Source: Azolla caroliniana
Lineage: Eukaryota; Plantae; Polypodiophyta
NCBI GenBank assembly: GCA_043228905.1
Contig: JBHGNT010000014.1
Span: 3,286,001-3,350,000 of the forward strand
Direction of reading: 5' to 3'
DNA: 64,000 nucleotides
The translations under genes were made by a program, and so were the position numbers. The first letter of the stretch is position 1, and every line of letters begins with the position of its first letter. Shown here one piece after another: positions 52,536 to 64,000 of the stretch. The notes beneath the pieces are model-generated. The model saw nothing but the letters and a program-made list of their open reading frames with translations. It was not told where the DNA came from and searched no databases.

Positions 52536-55445
52536 ATATCGATCTACCATTGTTAAGATCACATTGAAGCCCTTTGAATTCGGAAGATCAGTGATAAAAT
52601 CTACAGAAATAGATTGTCACGGTTTGCTTGGGATCGGTAACGGCTCCAACAAACCATATGGATGATGTCTAGGCATCTTCGCTCTGCAACATGTATCACA
52701 TGTCTGAACATAGTATTTGACAAATCTACACATATGGGGCCACCAAAATGATCATTGTACTAAATCCAACGTTTTAGTACTACCAAAATGTCTGGATGTG
52801 TATGTGACATGACAATTTTGTACTATTCGAAGGTGACAAGAACCATTGGGAACATACAAAAGTTTCTTAAAGAAGAGTAAACCATCATGACATTTGAATT
52901 GTCGATAATCCGTACCTAGTTGTTGTGATCATGAACAAGATGCTCGAGAGGGATCGATTTGATCTAGAATAGCTTGAGTAAAAACATTTGTCTTCAAATC
53001 TTCACGTATGGTATCGATATTGCGGGAATCCAATGGAGTGTCAAAAACCCACGTTGCTTGAAGTTGTGTTGAACCCAGGATTACTTGCTTTTGATTGTCG
53101 AAGGCTGGATCACCAGGACGAGGACTAGATATGAGCCTCGTTATAATGCATCTGCCTTCCCCTATTGCGTGCCCGAACGATATGTAATCTTGAAGTCGAA
53201 ACGAGTGAGGAATTGAGCCCACCGAGCTTGTCGTCTATTTAACACGCGAGCATTTTGGAAGTAGGCAAGATTCTTGTGATCACTAAATACAATGACTTGA
53301 TGAGGAGATCCTTCTAAAAAACCTGCCTCCATTCTGCAAAAGAGTCCACTATTGCTAATAGCTCCTTGTCATGTATCTCGTAGTTGATTTCAGCAGCGTC
53401 AACATTGCGCGAGTGGAAAGCCACGAGATGTAGCTTCTCATCGTTGCCTCGCTGTGACAAAATACTACCGAGGGCGAAATCTGACACATCTACCTCAATG
53501 ATAAATGGTTTTTGTGGATCAACATGAGCTAGAACAGGAGCCAATGTAAATGCTTTCTTGAGACCTTCAAAAGCCGTGTACACTTCCTTGGACCTTCTTT
53601 GTAAGTTTTGTGAGCGGTAAAATAAGCTTTGAGTAGTCATGTATAAACTTGCGACAGAAATTTGCAATTCCTAAAAAGCATTGCACGTCTCGCAATGAAC
53701 GTGGAGTTTGCCGCGCTAACATAGTTTGGACTTTAGTTGGATCCATAGATATGCCTCCCGAGGAGATGACATAGCGTAGAAATTCCATTTGGTTATAGTC
53801 AAAACTACACTTTTCCAGTTTTGCATAAAGAGCATGTTCTCATAGTCATCTTAGTACTAATAGTACATGAGAATCATGCTCTTCACATGTCTTCGAATAA
53901 ACAAGTAGATCATCCAAGTAAATGATAAAAAAGATGTCCAAAAGATCTCGGAATATATCATTTTCCATGTACTGGAAAACTATTAACGCATTGGTGAGGT
54001 CGAAAGGCATAACCGTATACTCGAAGTGCACATATCGGGTGCGGAAAGTTGTCTTCCATTCAACTCCTGGTCGAATCCGTACGAGGTTATATGCTCCTCG
54101 TAAGTCAATTTTTGTGAAAAACTTTGCGTCATTAATCCTTTCTAAAAGACTCGAGATAAGGGGAAGTGCATACCTATTCCTGATGGTGACCTTATTCAAG
54201 CCACGATAATCCACAACTAGAGGAAGTGAGCCATCTTTTTTCTTGATGAAGAAAATAGGTGCGCCGACTGGAGATTTCGAATGTCGAATGAACCCGTTTG
54301 CCAAATTTTCCTCTATGTAGGCTCAGAGAACTTCAACCTCGGTTGGTGACAAGTTGTAGATCGGTCCCCATGGTGGCTCTTTTCCTAGTTGTAAATCAAT
54401 GGGACAATCATACGGTCGATGGTGAGGAAGAGTACTAGCTTTTACCTTATAAAAAACGTCGGCGTAATGATGATGCTTCTTTGGAAGTTGAATTGTTAAC
54501 TCCACCTTAGCGGTGTTGGAAGGTTTTGTTGATACTGTGAATACAAACATTGATGCATTGCGTCCTTACACAATTGATGTAGCGAAATGGTTGAAATCTT
54601 GTGAGTAGATTCGCGAGATTGTCGATACCTGATTTCTCTTGTTCTTCAATCTATGTTCAGATTATGTAATTCGAACCATGGTAACCCCAAAACAATTGGA
54701 TACTTTGGACTACTAATTATATTAAATGATACCACACACACCAAATTATTTAGAGCAACACTAATAAGCTTTGATTCTTCTACGATATTTACGGAAGTAA
54801 TGGGTCGACCATCAATGACTACTAGAGAAGCTGTGCAAGGGAGTTTTCTTAGGGATATCTAATGAGCTTGGGCAAAATTCTTATCCATGAAGCAAGAATT
54901 GGCTCCAGAATCTAGGAGTTCTAAGACATGTACTAGAGGGTTACATTTAATACTAATTGTTAATTGAGCTAGGAAGCCATTGCTAACTTGCTTAGAGGGA
55001 ATAGAACCACTAATGGGTTGCACTGATCTAGGGCTATCCAACAAAACGGCTCCTATTTTGGCTGGACTTAGTCGTTTAACTCTTCTTCTAGTTGACTAAG
55101 GACTTCAAATTTGTTTGATAGGCTTGGGCTATTAGGACTATCAGACACTCCTAATGGAAAAGTATCGGGTTTAGTACTATTAGTACTAGCGGTTATTTGA
55201 TTTACTTCTTGGCTTATGAGGATAGTTCATTGCAATATGGCCTGGTCCACCGCAATAAAGACATAGTCGATTTGCTCGGCATCGCTGCTTTTCCTCTTCT
55301 GATAATGGTTCTCGATCACGTGTGGTGTTGATTTCTACCGGAGTTGGAATATTTGTTGGAGACGCATTATATGACTCCCTTGCAAATGGTTTTGCTATGA
55401 CTAAGGCATATGTGGGCTCCGACCTTGTTCTTGGCATTTGTAACT
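52536..55445 (-). mobile_element. E1, 5' part: Gag C-terminus, protease, RT, RNase H and integrase N-terminus (degraded; 5' LTR lost)
   Basis: CLYCGGPGH, LLDSGAN, YLDD and [10 protein letters not shown] fragments. Confidence 0.88.
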
Positions 55446-55489
55446 AACGTTCTGATGATAATCGGATCGTTAATTCACAAGAACGAAAA

Positions 55490-55970
55490 TGCTGAAATAC
55501 ACAACACAAATACACAAGATAATAGTGCAACAAATTTAATGTGGAAACCCTATAATGGGAGAAAACCATGGGAGAACAGAACTCCACTATACAGTGGATA
55601 TAAAATGTTAAAGATTACAACACTCTCCTATTCAGTGTATAAGTCACATAGGACTCTTGCATCAGCTGTTACACACACAGTTATGGCGTGACACGCACAC
55701 TCTCTCTCTTCTCTTTGCTCTTCTCTTACTCACATGCTTAACTCCAACCTATACCCTGCACCCACTCTCTGCAATAACACACCTATCCATTTGCCCTAGG
55801 CATATTTATACTAATACATCATATGGGCTATTTACAAGTGTAGCCCCTACTACACATCGATACTATTATTATAACTATAATAATAATAGTCAACAGTTAA
55901 TAGGTCGACTCCCTATTTGTTAATTCTTTGATTGTCGGCTTTCCTCGGCCCGAATAGTCGGCTTTCCTCA
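55490..55970 (-). repeat. Truncated Copia-type LTR of the same family as 2469-3055
   Basis: tgctgaaata...tttaatgtggaaaccct...gggctatttacaa. Confidence 0.65.
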
Positions 55971-55971
55971 G

Positions 55972-58900
55972 TATGGAAGTTGAAGATGAGGGGCATGCTC
56001 GTTGTTAAAGACCTCTGGCTTCCGGTTCAGTTCGGGGACAAGAGACCGGACAAAATCGACGCCGCGATATGGGATGGTGATGCACATGAAGACAACGACG
56101 TACATACGGTGCTTCATCGACATGAGCCTGTACAACAACTTCAATGAAGAGAGCAAGGCTCATGAGCTCTGGGAGAAGATCGGCATAATGTTCCAAAACA
56201 AAAATGTTGTTAATCAGGTTTCGGTATTCCGGAAGCTAGTAAGACTCCAATACCAAGATGGCTCCAGCATGGCAGAGCATATGAATGCCTTCCAGGGGCT
56301 GATACACCAGGCAACATCATTGGAAGTACCTCTTGCCGATGAAGTATTAGCGCTACTCCTGCTCGGTTCCCTCCCGGATAACTGGGAGACGTTGGTTGTC
56401 ACTTTGGGCAACGCCGGGCCGGAAGGAAAATGGTTATCCCTAGCAAGAGTAAAGTCGAGCTTGCTAGATGAGGAGGCGCGTCGGAAAGACAAAGATACAA
56501 GCTCCGACTCCAAAGCGCTTCTTACTGAATCGGAACGCGGAAGACATAGAAACCGTAGTCCCCAGAACCGGGAGAAGTCGGGGACACGGTCAAAGTCAAG
56601 GGGGAGGCCTACTTGCTTCTATTGCGGCAAGCCGGGACACTTCCAAAAGAACTGTCGGCATTTCCGTAAAGACAAGGAAACCGACGGTACCGATTCGAAG
56701 CAAACCCCGGACCGGAACGGTAAAGACCGGAAGGGGGCGGACCGGAAGCGATTGACAGCAATCGCGGCAAGTGAAGAAGAGTTGATGCTCATCACCTAGG
56801 AGAGTGAGATAAACCTTGCCGGCGACGAGATGACCTGGGTGGTAGACTCCGGAGCGTCGTTCCACCTTACCCCGGACCGGAAATGCTTCTCATCCTACTC
56901 AGCAGGTGACCACGGCTGTGTCCGGATGGGGAATGAAGGTACATGCCGAATTATCGGCATAGGAGACGTGTGGCTGTCAACACCAACCGGATGCAAGTTG
57001 CTGCTGAAGGATGTCTGACACGTTCCGGAAGTTCGTCTGAACCTGATATCAGCCGGTCGGCTAGATGATGAAGGCTACACGGGTAGCATCCGGAACGGTG
57101 TCATGAAGTTCAGCAAAGGGAGCCTGATTGTGGCTCGGGCCCGGAAGGTAAACACGTTGTACCTGATGAATGCCCGGTTATGTCCGGAAGAAGTGAACGT
57201 GGCATCCGACACTGCCGGTGAGCTGTGGCACAAGAGGCTGTGTCATATGAGCGAGAAGGGGATGAAGAGGCTTGCAGACGACAACCTCATTCCAGTGAAG
57301 AACGTGCACTTAGAGAAGTGCATTGATTGTCTGGCCGGTAAGCAGAACCGGACCTCCTTCCGACCAAGGCCACCGATGAGACGTAATGCACCACTGGAGT
57401 TGGTGCATACGGATGTGTGTCAGGTAGACACGAAGTCACATGCCGGAGTGCAGTACTTCGTGACGTTCATAGATGACCACAGCCGGAAGCTGTGGGCCAC
57501 ACCGTTGAAGACGAAGGATCAGGTGTTATCCGTCTTCAAAGAGCTCCACGCGAGAGTGGAAAGAGAAACCGGCCAGAAGCTGAAGGCGGTTCGGGCAGAT
57601 AACGGAGGAGAATACCGGGGGCAGTTCGAGGAGTACTGCCGCTCGAAGGGAATCCGGCTCGAATTTACCGTGTCGAAGACGCCGGAACTAAACAGATTGG
57701 CCGAGAGGATGAACCGGACCATAATGGAGAGGGTCCGGAGTATGCTAGCGCATGCAAAACTACCCAAGAAGTTTTGGGCTGAGGCACTGTCGACGGCGAC
57801 ATACGTGATAAATAGATCACCCTCAGTACCCTTGGACGGAGACACGCCACAGAGAGTGTGGACCGGTAAGGAAGTATCCTACCGGCATCTGAAGGTGTTC
57901 GGGTGTCTTGCTTACGTGCATGTAGCTAAGGACCGGAGAGGTAAGTTAGATCCAAAGACCCAGCCATGCATATTCCTCGGTTACGGTGACGATGAGTTCG
58001 GCTACCGAGTGTGGGACCCGGTCGACAAGAAGGTATTCCGCAGTCGAGATATTATCTTCATGGAGGACAAGACGCTCGCCGATTGGGAGTCGGAGAAGAA
58101 GATAATGAACTCCGAGTCGACCGGTAAGGATCGACTCTACAATGAGCAGACCCAACCGGCGAGAGACCGGTTAGCACTTGAAGAACCAACCGGATACGGT
58201 GAGGATTCCGAACCGGTAGAAGAAGAAGTAGAGGAAGCTGAGACCGGAACCGGCCAAGACCCCAAATTGGATTCGGATGAAGAGCAAATGGAGGAGCCGG
58301 TTACCGAAGCCTGAAGATGGAGATATCCTCTCAGAGAGAGAAGGGTGCCCCGGAGATTTCCGGATGCAGAGCATGTTCTGCTGACCGATGAGGGGGAGCC
58401 GGAAAGCTTCGAAGAAGCGAAGGAAGACACCCACAACCGAAAATGGTTAAGTGCCATGCAGGACGAGATGGATTCCCTGCATGAGAACCATACATACGAA
58501 TTGGTGGAGTTGCCGAAAGGAAAGCGGGCACTCCGAAACAAGTGGGTGTACAAGTTGAAACCGGGAGATGCCGGCAACCCCCCGAGATACAAAGCCAGGA
58601 TCGTGGTGAAGGGGTTCCAGCAGAAGAAGGGCGTGGACTTCGACGAGATATTTGCCCCAGTAGTAAAGATGACCTCCATCCGGACGGTGCTGAGTATAGC
58701 ATCAAGCATGGACCTTGAGGTAGAGCAGCTGGACGTGAAGACGGTATTCCTTCACGGCGACCTCGAAGAGGAGATCTACATGCAGCAACCGGAAGGATTT
58801 GTGGAGAAAGGGATGGAGCACCTGGTATGCCGGTTGAAGAAGAGCCTATACGGACTGAAGCAGGCTCCCCGGCAATGGTATCGGAAGTTCGACTCCTTCA

Positions 58901-60852
58901 TGAACGATCAAGGGTACCACAAGATGCAGGCTGATCACTGCGTGTTTGTGAAGAAGTTCGAAGGAGGTGACTTCTTAATACTCCTCCTATACGTGGATGA
59001 CATGTTGATCGTCGGACGGGACCAAGTCAAAATACGGATGCTGAAGAAGGCTCTAAACCGGACCTTCTCAATGAAAGACTTGGATCCGGCAAGACAGATG
59101 TTGGGGATGCACATCATACGGGACTGGTTAAAGAAGCAACTATGGCTGTCACAGGAGAAGTATGTGATAAAGGTGCTTCACCGGTTCAACATGTCAGAAG
59201 CGAAACCGGTCGGATCGACACTTCCGGCAAACTGCAGGCTATCCGGTAAGCAAAGCCCGAAGACGAAAGCAGAGAAGGCGGAAATGATGAAGATCCCATA
59301 TGCCTCTACCGTCGGGAGCTTGATGTACGCAATGGTTTGTACCCGACCGGACATTGGATACGCAGTCGGAGTGGTGAGCCGGTTTATGAGCAATCCCGGC
59401 AAGGAGCACTGGAACGCGGTCAAGTGGATACTCCGGTATTTGAAGGGCACTTCAAATATGTGTCTCCGATTCGGCTCCGGAAAACCTCAACTGGACGGTT
59501 TCACCGATTCAGACATGTCGGCTGATGTGGATACCAGCCGGTCTACATCCGGGTATGTGATGACATATGCAAGGGGAGTTGTTTCGTGGCAGTCGAGGCT
59601 GCAGAAGACGGTTGCATTGTCAACCACAGAGGCGGAGTACATGGCGGCTGTGGAAGCCGGCAAGGAAATATTATGGATGAAGGACTTCATCGGAGAGCTC
59701 GGTAAACGGCAAGAGGAATACCGACTCTACTGCGACAGTCAAAGTGCCATCCACCTTGCTAAGAATGCGGCCTACCATTCCCGGACGAAGCATATCCAGC
59801 GGAGGTATCACTGGATCCGGGAAAGAGTAGATGACCAGGAGTTCGCACTGACGAAGATCCACACGGCCGAGAACGGGTCAGATATGCTGACCAAAGTGCT
59901 GACACCCGACAAGCTGGATGCATGCCAGAAGAAGATCGGACTGATAAGACACCCCATGCCGGAGTGAAGGGGGAGTTTGTTGGGAGACAGGTCCCTCCAG
60001 ATGGGTAGGGAGAAGATCAGTGACGATGAACAAACTCGGCCGAGGGCGATAGGCCGAGGACGGAACCGGATGAGGAGTACCAGGCTACGGAGAGCCGGAT
60101 GATGCAGACCCGGTGAAGACCGGATGAGGAGTACCCGGCTACGGAGAGCCGGATGGTGCAGGCCCGGTATGAACCGGATGAGGAGTACCCGGCTATGGAG
60201 AGCCGGATGATGCAGACCCGGTGAAGACCGGATGAGGAGTACCCGGCTACGGAGAGTCGGATGGTGCAGGCCCGGTATGAACCGGATGAGGAGTACCCAG
60301 CTACGGAGAGCCGGATGGTGCAGGCCCAGTATGAACCGGATGAGGAGTACCCGGCTACGGAGAGCCGGATGGTGCAGGCCCGGTATGAACCAGAGGAAGA
60401 GACATATTCGTAAATATGTTTCTGAGAGCCCATCGAGGCTATATTTGTAAATAGCCGAAAAGTCATATTAGTATAAATATGACTTAGGGCAAACTTTTGT
60501 TGTTGTTGTCATTTTCTTGTTGGTGCAAGAAGAAGAGAGAGCACGTAACAGTGTACAGAGAGAGAGAGAGAGAGAAAGAGATAGCTGCCTCTGTTGTAAC
60601 CGCCGCCTGTGGCAAAGATCGTGAGTCCGAGGTCGTTGCCTCCGTGTACTCACTGTTTTGTACATTCATACATAGTGACAGTTTGCAGCCTGTGGGCTGC
60701 CGTGGTTTTTCCCCTAGTTTGGGGTTTTCCACGTTAACCTCCTGTGTACCATTTCTCTTCTTTGTGTCGTGTTCGATTTCCCATTTTCTATGTATGAAAA
60801 GAATCTCGGTTGTGGCCGAGCGTTGCGCATAAGGAACGTTGAGTTCTCGACA
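55972..60852 (+). mobile_element. 5'-truncated Ty1/Copia element related to E9, with 3' LTR 59978-60852
   Basis: One reading frame with a few stops: gag 56002-56799, WVVDSGAS 56830, integrase 57103-58314, RT-RNase H 58345-59967; PPT gaagggggag. Confidence 0.92.
60067..60395. repeat. Six 54-bp tandem repeats in the U3 region of the Copia LTR
   Basis: cggatgaggagtacc... at 60067, 60121, 60175, 60229, 60283 and 60337. Confidence 0.9.
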
Positions 60853-61750
60853 CCTTTTGACAAACACACAGTGATCGGCTTGTGTTTTTTGGAACCCATG
60901 TTCCACCATGAAGGATTTGAACTTCTTGTACCATTGGCGTGGAGCTTGCTTCGGACCATACAAGCTTTTCTTCAGTCGACACACCACGTTCTCTTTCGCT
61001 TTCTCCTCAAAACCTTTGACCTGCTGCATGTAGATTTCTTCATCCAACTCACCGTGCAAGAGTGTTGTTTTGACATCCAACTATTCGAACTGTAGGTCCA
61101 TCCTTGCAACTATGCTCTGAACAGTTCGGATGGATGTCATCTTCACGACTGGAGCGAATCTTTCGTCGAAGTCAACACCCTTTTTCTATTGAAAACCCTT
61201 CACCACTATGCGGGCTTTATACTTGGGCTCATTGTCGGCTTCTCCAGTCTTCACCTTGTAGACCCACTTATTCCTAAGTGCTCTCTTACCTTTCGGCAGC
61301 TCTACTAGGTCGTAGGTGTAATTCTCGTGTAAGGAGTCCATCTCATCTTGCATCGCGTTCAGCCATTTCTCCTTGTTCTTGTCGGTTATGGCTTCATCAT
61401 AGCACTCCGGTTCACCTTCATCAGTCAAGAGGATGCATTGACTGGCATATGTTGTCGGTGCTTTTCTTTGTCGAAGTGGGTATCTCCTTCCACTCGTTGT
61501 CTGTTCTCGTTCAGGTGTCTCTCCCGACTCTCCTGTTTGGTCGGGTTCATATATGTCGATCGACATCTCTTGGTTGGATGAGTCCAACTCATATTCCTCG
61601 ATCAACCTTAGCAGTTCTGTTGACTTAGACTCATAGTCGGTCGGTCTCTATGAGTCGATTGCCTCAGATTCGGGTGTGCCGACTGGCTATCTCCGAACAT
61701 CTGTCGGAGTTGGTTCACTTGACCTCAGGTCAATAGTAGTGGAGGTTGAC
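60853..61750 (-). mobile_element. Copia RT N-terminal fragment, same family as 1-2468
   Basis: ORF 61186-61605 resembles 93-494; DVKTTLLHGEL...QADHCVFVK. Confidence 0.85.
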
Positions 61751-63730
61751 TGGTTGAATCGAACTTACATACCTTGTTCCACAATCTGCCCGACCGAGAC
61801 CAGATTCTTCATTATTGTTGGAACATGCAAGACATTCTTGATGTAGGTTTGGTTTTCCTCTTCTCCGAATGGGACATTACCGACATGTTGAATGGGGTGA
61901 ATTGTGTCATCCCCTGTTTCCACATAGTCGAGTCATTTTGGGATTTCGTAGTTCTCGAAACCAATCAGCATGAGACGCCATGTGATTGGATGCACCTGAG
62001 CCGTCAAACCATACATTTTCTAAGTTGGAAGTGCTTGTTGGGCATGATGTTATCATCGAATTCGCTCTATGCCACATCATGACCATTCTGCCACAATTGT
62101 CGTAGTCAGAATTTGAGGTGTAGTTACTACGTTGTCGGCTTGTGAAGGCCAATTCACTCTTCTTTTTCTGACACTCCACCTTGTAGTAGCCAAATTTGCC
62201 ACAATATCTATAGTAGACGGAACTGTTTTGTTGGCTGGGTCCGGCATGATTGCTCCCCCTTCTACCAGACGCTCCGCCTCGTGCATTTGAAGCATCTTGC
62301 CAGTAGTAGAAGTTGTGTTGTCAGGGTTTTTCTTGGTTGTGTCAGCCTCGGCCGAATCAGCCTCTTCTTCCACGCCTTTGTCCCCTTCCTCCATCCGAGT
62401 TTGAATAGAGCATGTGTCCTTGCACATTGCTCCTCATTCGGACGTAATTCTTCAACTAGAATCATCGACTGAAGATCGAAGAATGAGAGAGGACTCTCCC
62501 TTGCGGGGACTACCGGCCGCATGGCTCCGAACTGAGGTGTTAGGCCTCCGAAGCATATCTGCACCATTTCATTTTTGTCAATGTTAACGTCGATCGACTC
62601 GAGGGAGTCGCACAACTCCATTGATTACATTCAGGGTCATGATTGCTACCTTTGCTAAATAGATCTTTGGCATGTCCTTCTTTTGTAGCATGGCACAAGC
62701 CATCTCAAGAATTCTGTGATTTTTCTACTCAGCAGCACCATTTTATTATGGTGTATACCGACAAGAGAATTCATGGTGAATCCCCTTCTTTTCTAAATAG
62801 TTTGTGAACTCGGCTAAGAAGTATTCTCGGCCGCCATTCGATAATAAGCATCAAATCTTGCAATTTGTCTCATTTTCCATGCAACTCTTTAACTTGAGAG
62901 AGTGAGATGTTTCCCTTCTTGAGTTCATCGAGCATATCTAGGTAAGCCACAAACAATCGTTGATGAAGGTGACGAAGTATCTACACCCTGTCTCACTCTG
63001 AACTAGACCCCATATATCCGAGTGAATGACGTCCAACATGCATTTACTCACATTCCACTCACTCAAGAATGGATGGCTATGTTGTTTGCCTAGCTGGCAC
63101 ACCTCACATACATGATTGGAAAGTAAATTGAGCCAAGCCATGCACACTCCTTTCGTTTGCAACTCTCTTGTGCCACAACTCTCTGATTTATGCAGGTTGA
63201 TGGAAGTTCCCCCTTTTTGTAAGAGTGGAGTTTACCAAGCTTTAAATGGCCAACTCTCTTGTGCCACAACTCTCTTGTTGATGCAAGTTGGTGGAAGCTC
63301 CCCCTTCTATCGGAATTCCCTCAATTGATTCCATCTTCTTGCTATCGGGAATAACATTGTTGTGGACCTCATCCACGTCTTCCTCGGCCATTCCTTCCCT
63401 AATTTCCACGACCATGACCTCAACTAAGGTATTGTTGTGTATATGGCATCTACCCATCAAATGTTGCACTTTTTGACCACATGGGGTCTCCTTGACCATC
63501 AACATGTATTGCAAGTTGAAAAAGCTCGAGGGGTTCTCACTCATTATGGCAGTCCAAAATATGCCATACTTATGTCCAACGCCATCGAGGCAAATATGTA
63601 CCATCTTGTTGTTGACTTCAACATTCATGGAGTAGAGTGTCACCCAAGTCTTTTCTCTTGAGGGTGTAATTTGCTACTAACATATCCCTCTACCCAATAT
63701 TGTTTTAACTCTTGCCAGAAATAATTTGTC
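61751..63730 (-). mobile_element. Two degraded E2-family Copia fragments (gag-protease; gag plus integrase)
   Basis: WFDGSGASNHM, EMVQICFGGL, MQTKGV...CQLGKQH, YFVTFIND. Confidence 0.75.
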
Positions 63731-64000
63731 TTCTTATTCAAGATTGCCACAATTACTTTTATACTTGTTTCGACATAAAGAAGGTAATAATATTAACAAA
63801 CATTTTGGGTTCCTCTAATGGACAATGCTATCATTGAAATGATTCTTTTCCAATTCCAAGCATTTCCATTATTTTAGTTCTTTTTATTGAAGAAGACATA
63901 TATAAGTTTGCATATCTTTAGATGAGAAAGTTCACGTATTCGAAACATGTACTGCTTTGTTAGATCAATGCAACTGCATGTGCAAATGCACATAATTTTG

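Noticed and set aside
2469-55970. LTRs at 2469 and 55490 as the two ends of one element
   Set aside because: They are clearly diverged, and no shared TSD, PBS or PPT was found
60017-60466. 149-aa repeat protein ORF
   Set aside because: By-product of the 54-bp LTR tandem array

Overview
Plant nuclear heterochromatin, probably a bryophyte or another early-diverging land plant (inferred from Tcn1-like chromoviruses and tRNA-Trp/iMet primer sites). It is made almost entirely of transposable elements, and no ordinary host gene was found. Matching target-site duplications (TSDs) and rejoined reading frames resolve a seven-level nest: Tcn1-like Gypsy E1 (minus strand, ~3056-55445) > Copia E2 (4293-52530) > Gypsy E3 (~6235-38487) > Gypsy E4 (8679-35506) > TIR DNA transposon E5 (10121-31623) > tRNA-Trp-primed Gypsy E6 (11244-23627) > Gag-only LTR element E7 (13875-19174). 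E2 also holds a solo LTR containing a near-intact Copia, and another chromovirus with a LINE fragment in its LTR. The standout is E5, ~9.1 kb once E6 is removed, with 35-bp TIRs and a 4-bp CCTA TSD. It carries a Sola/DUF7869-like DDE transposase and, divergently, a predicted six-exon gene for a ParB/Srx-like domain plus a bacterial-type beta-class N6A/N4C DNA methyltransferase. Intron 1 of that gene holds seven 25-bp palindromes at a 51-52 bp period. Several unrelated Gypsy LTRs also carry an antisense tRNA-like (Pol III A/B-box) module. All family and domain calls come from manual motif reading; no searches were run.
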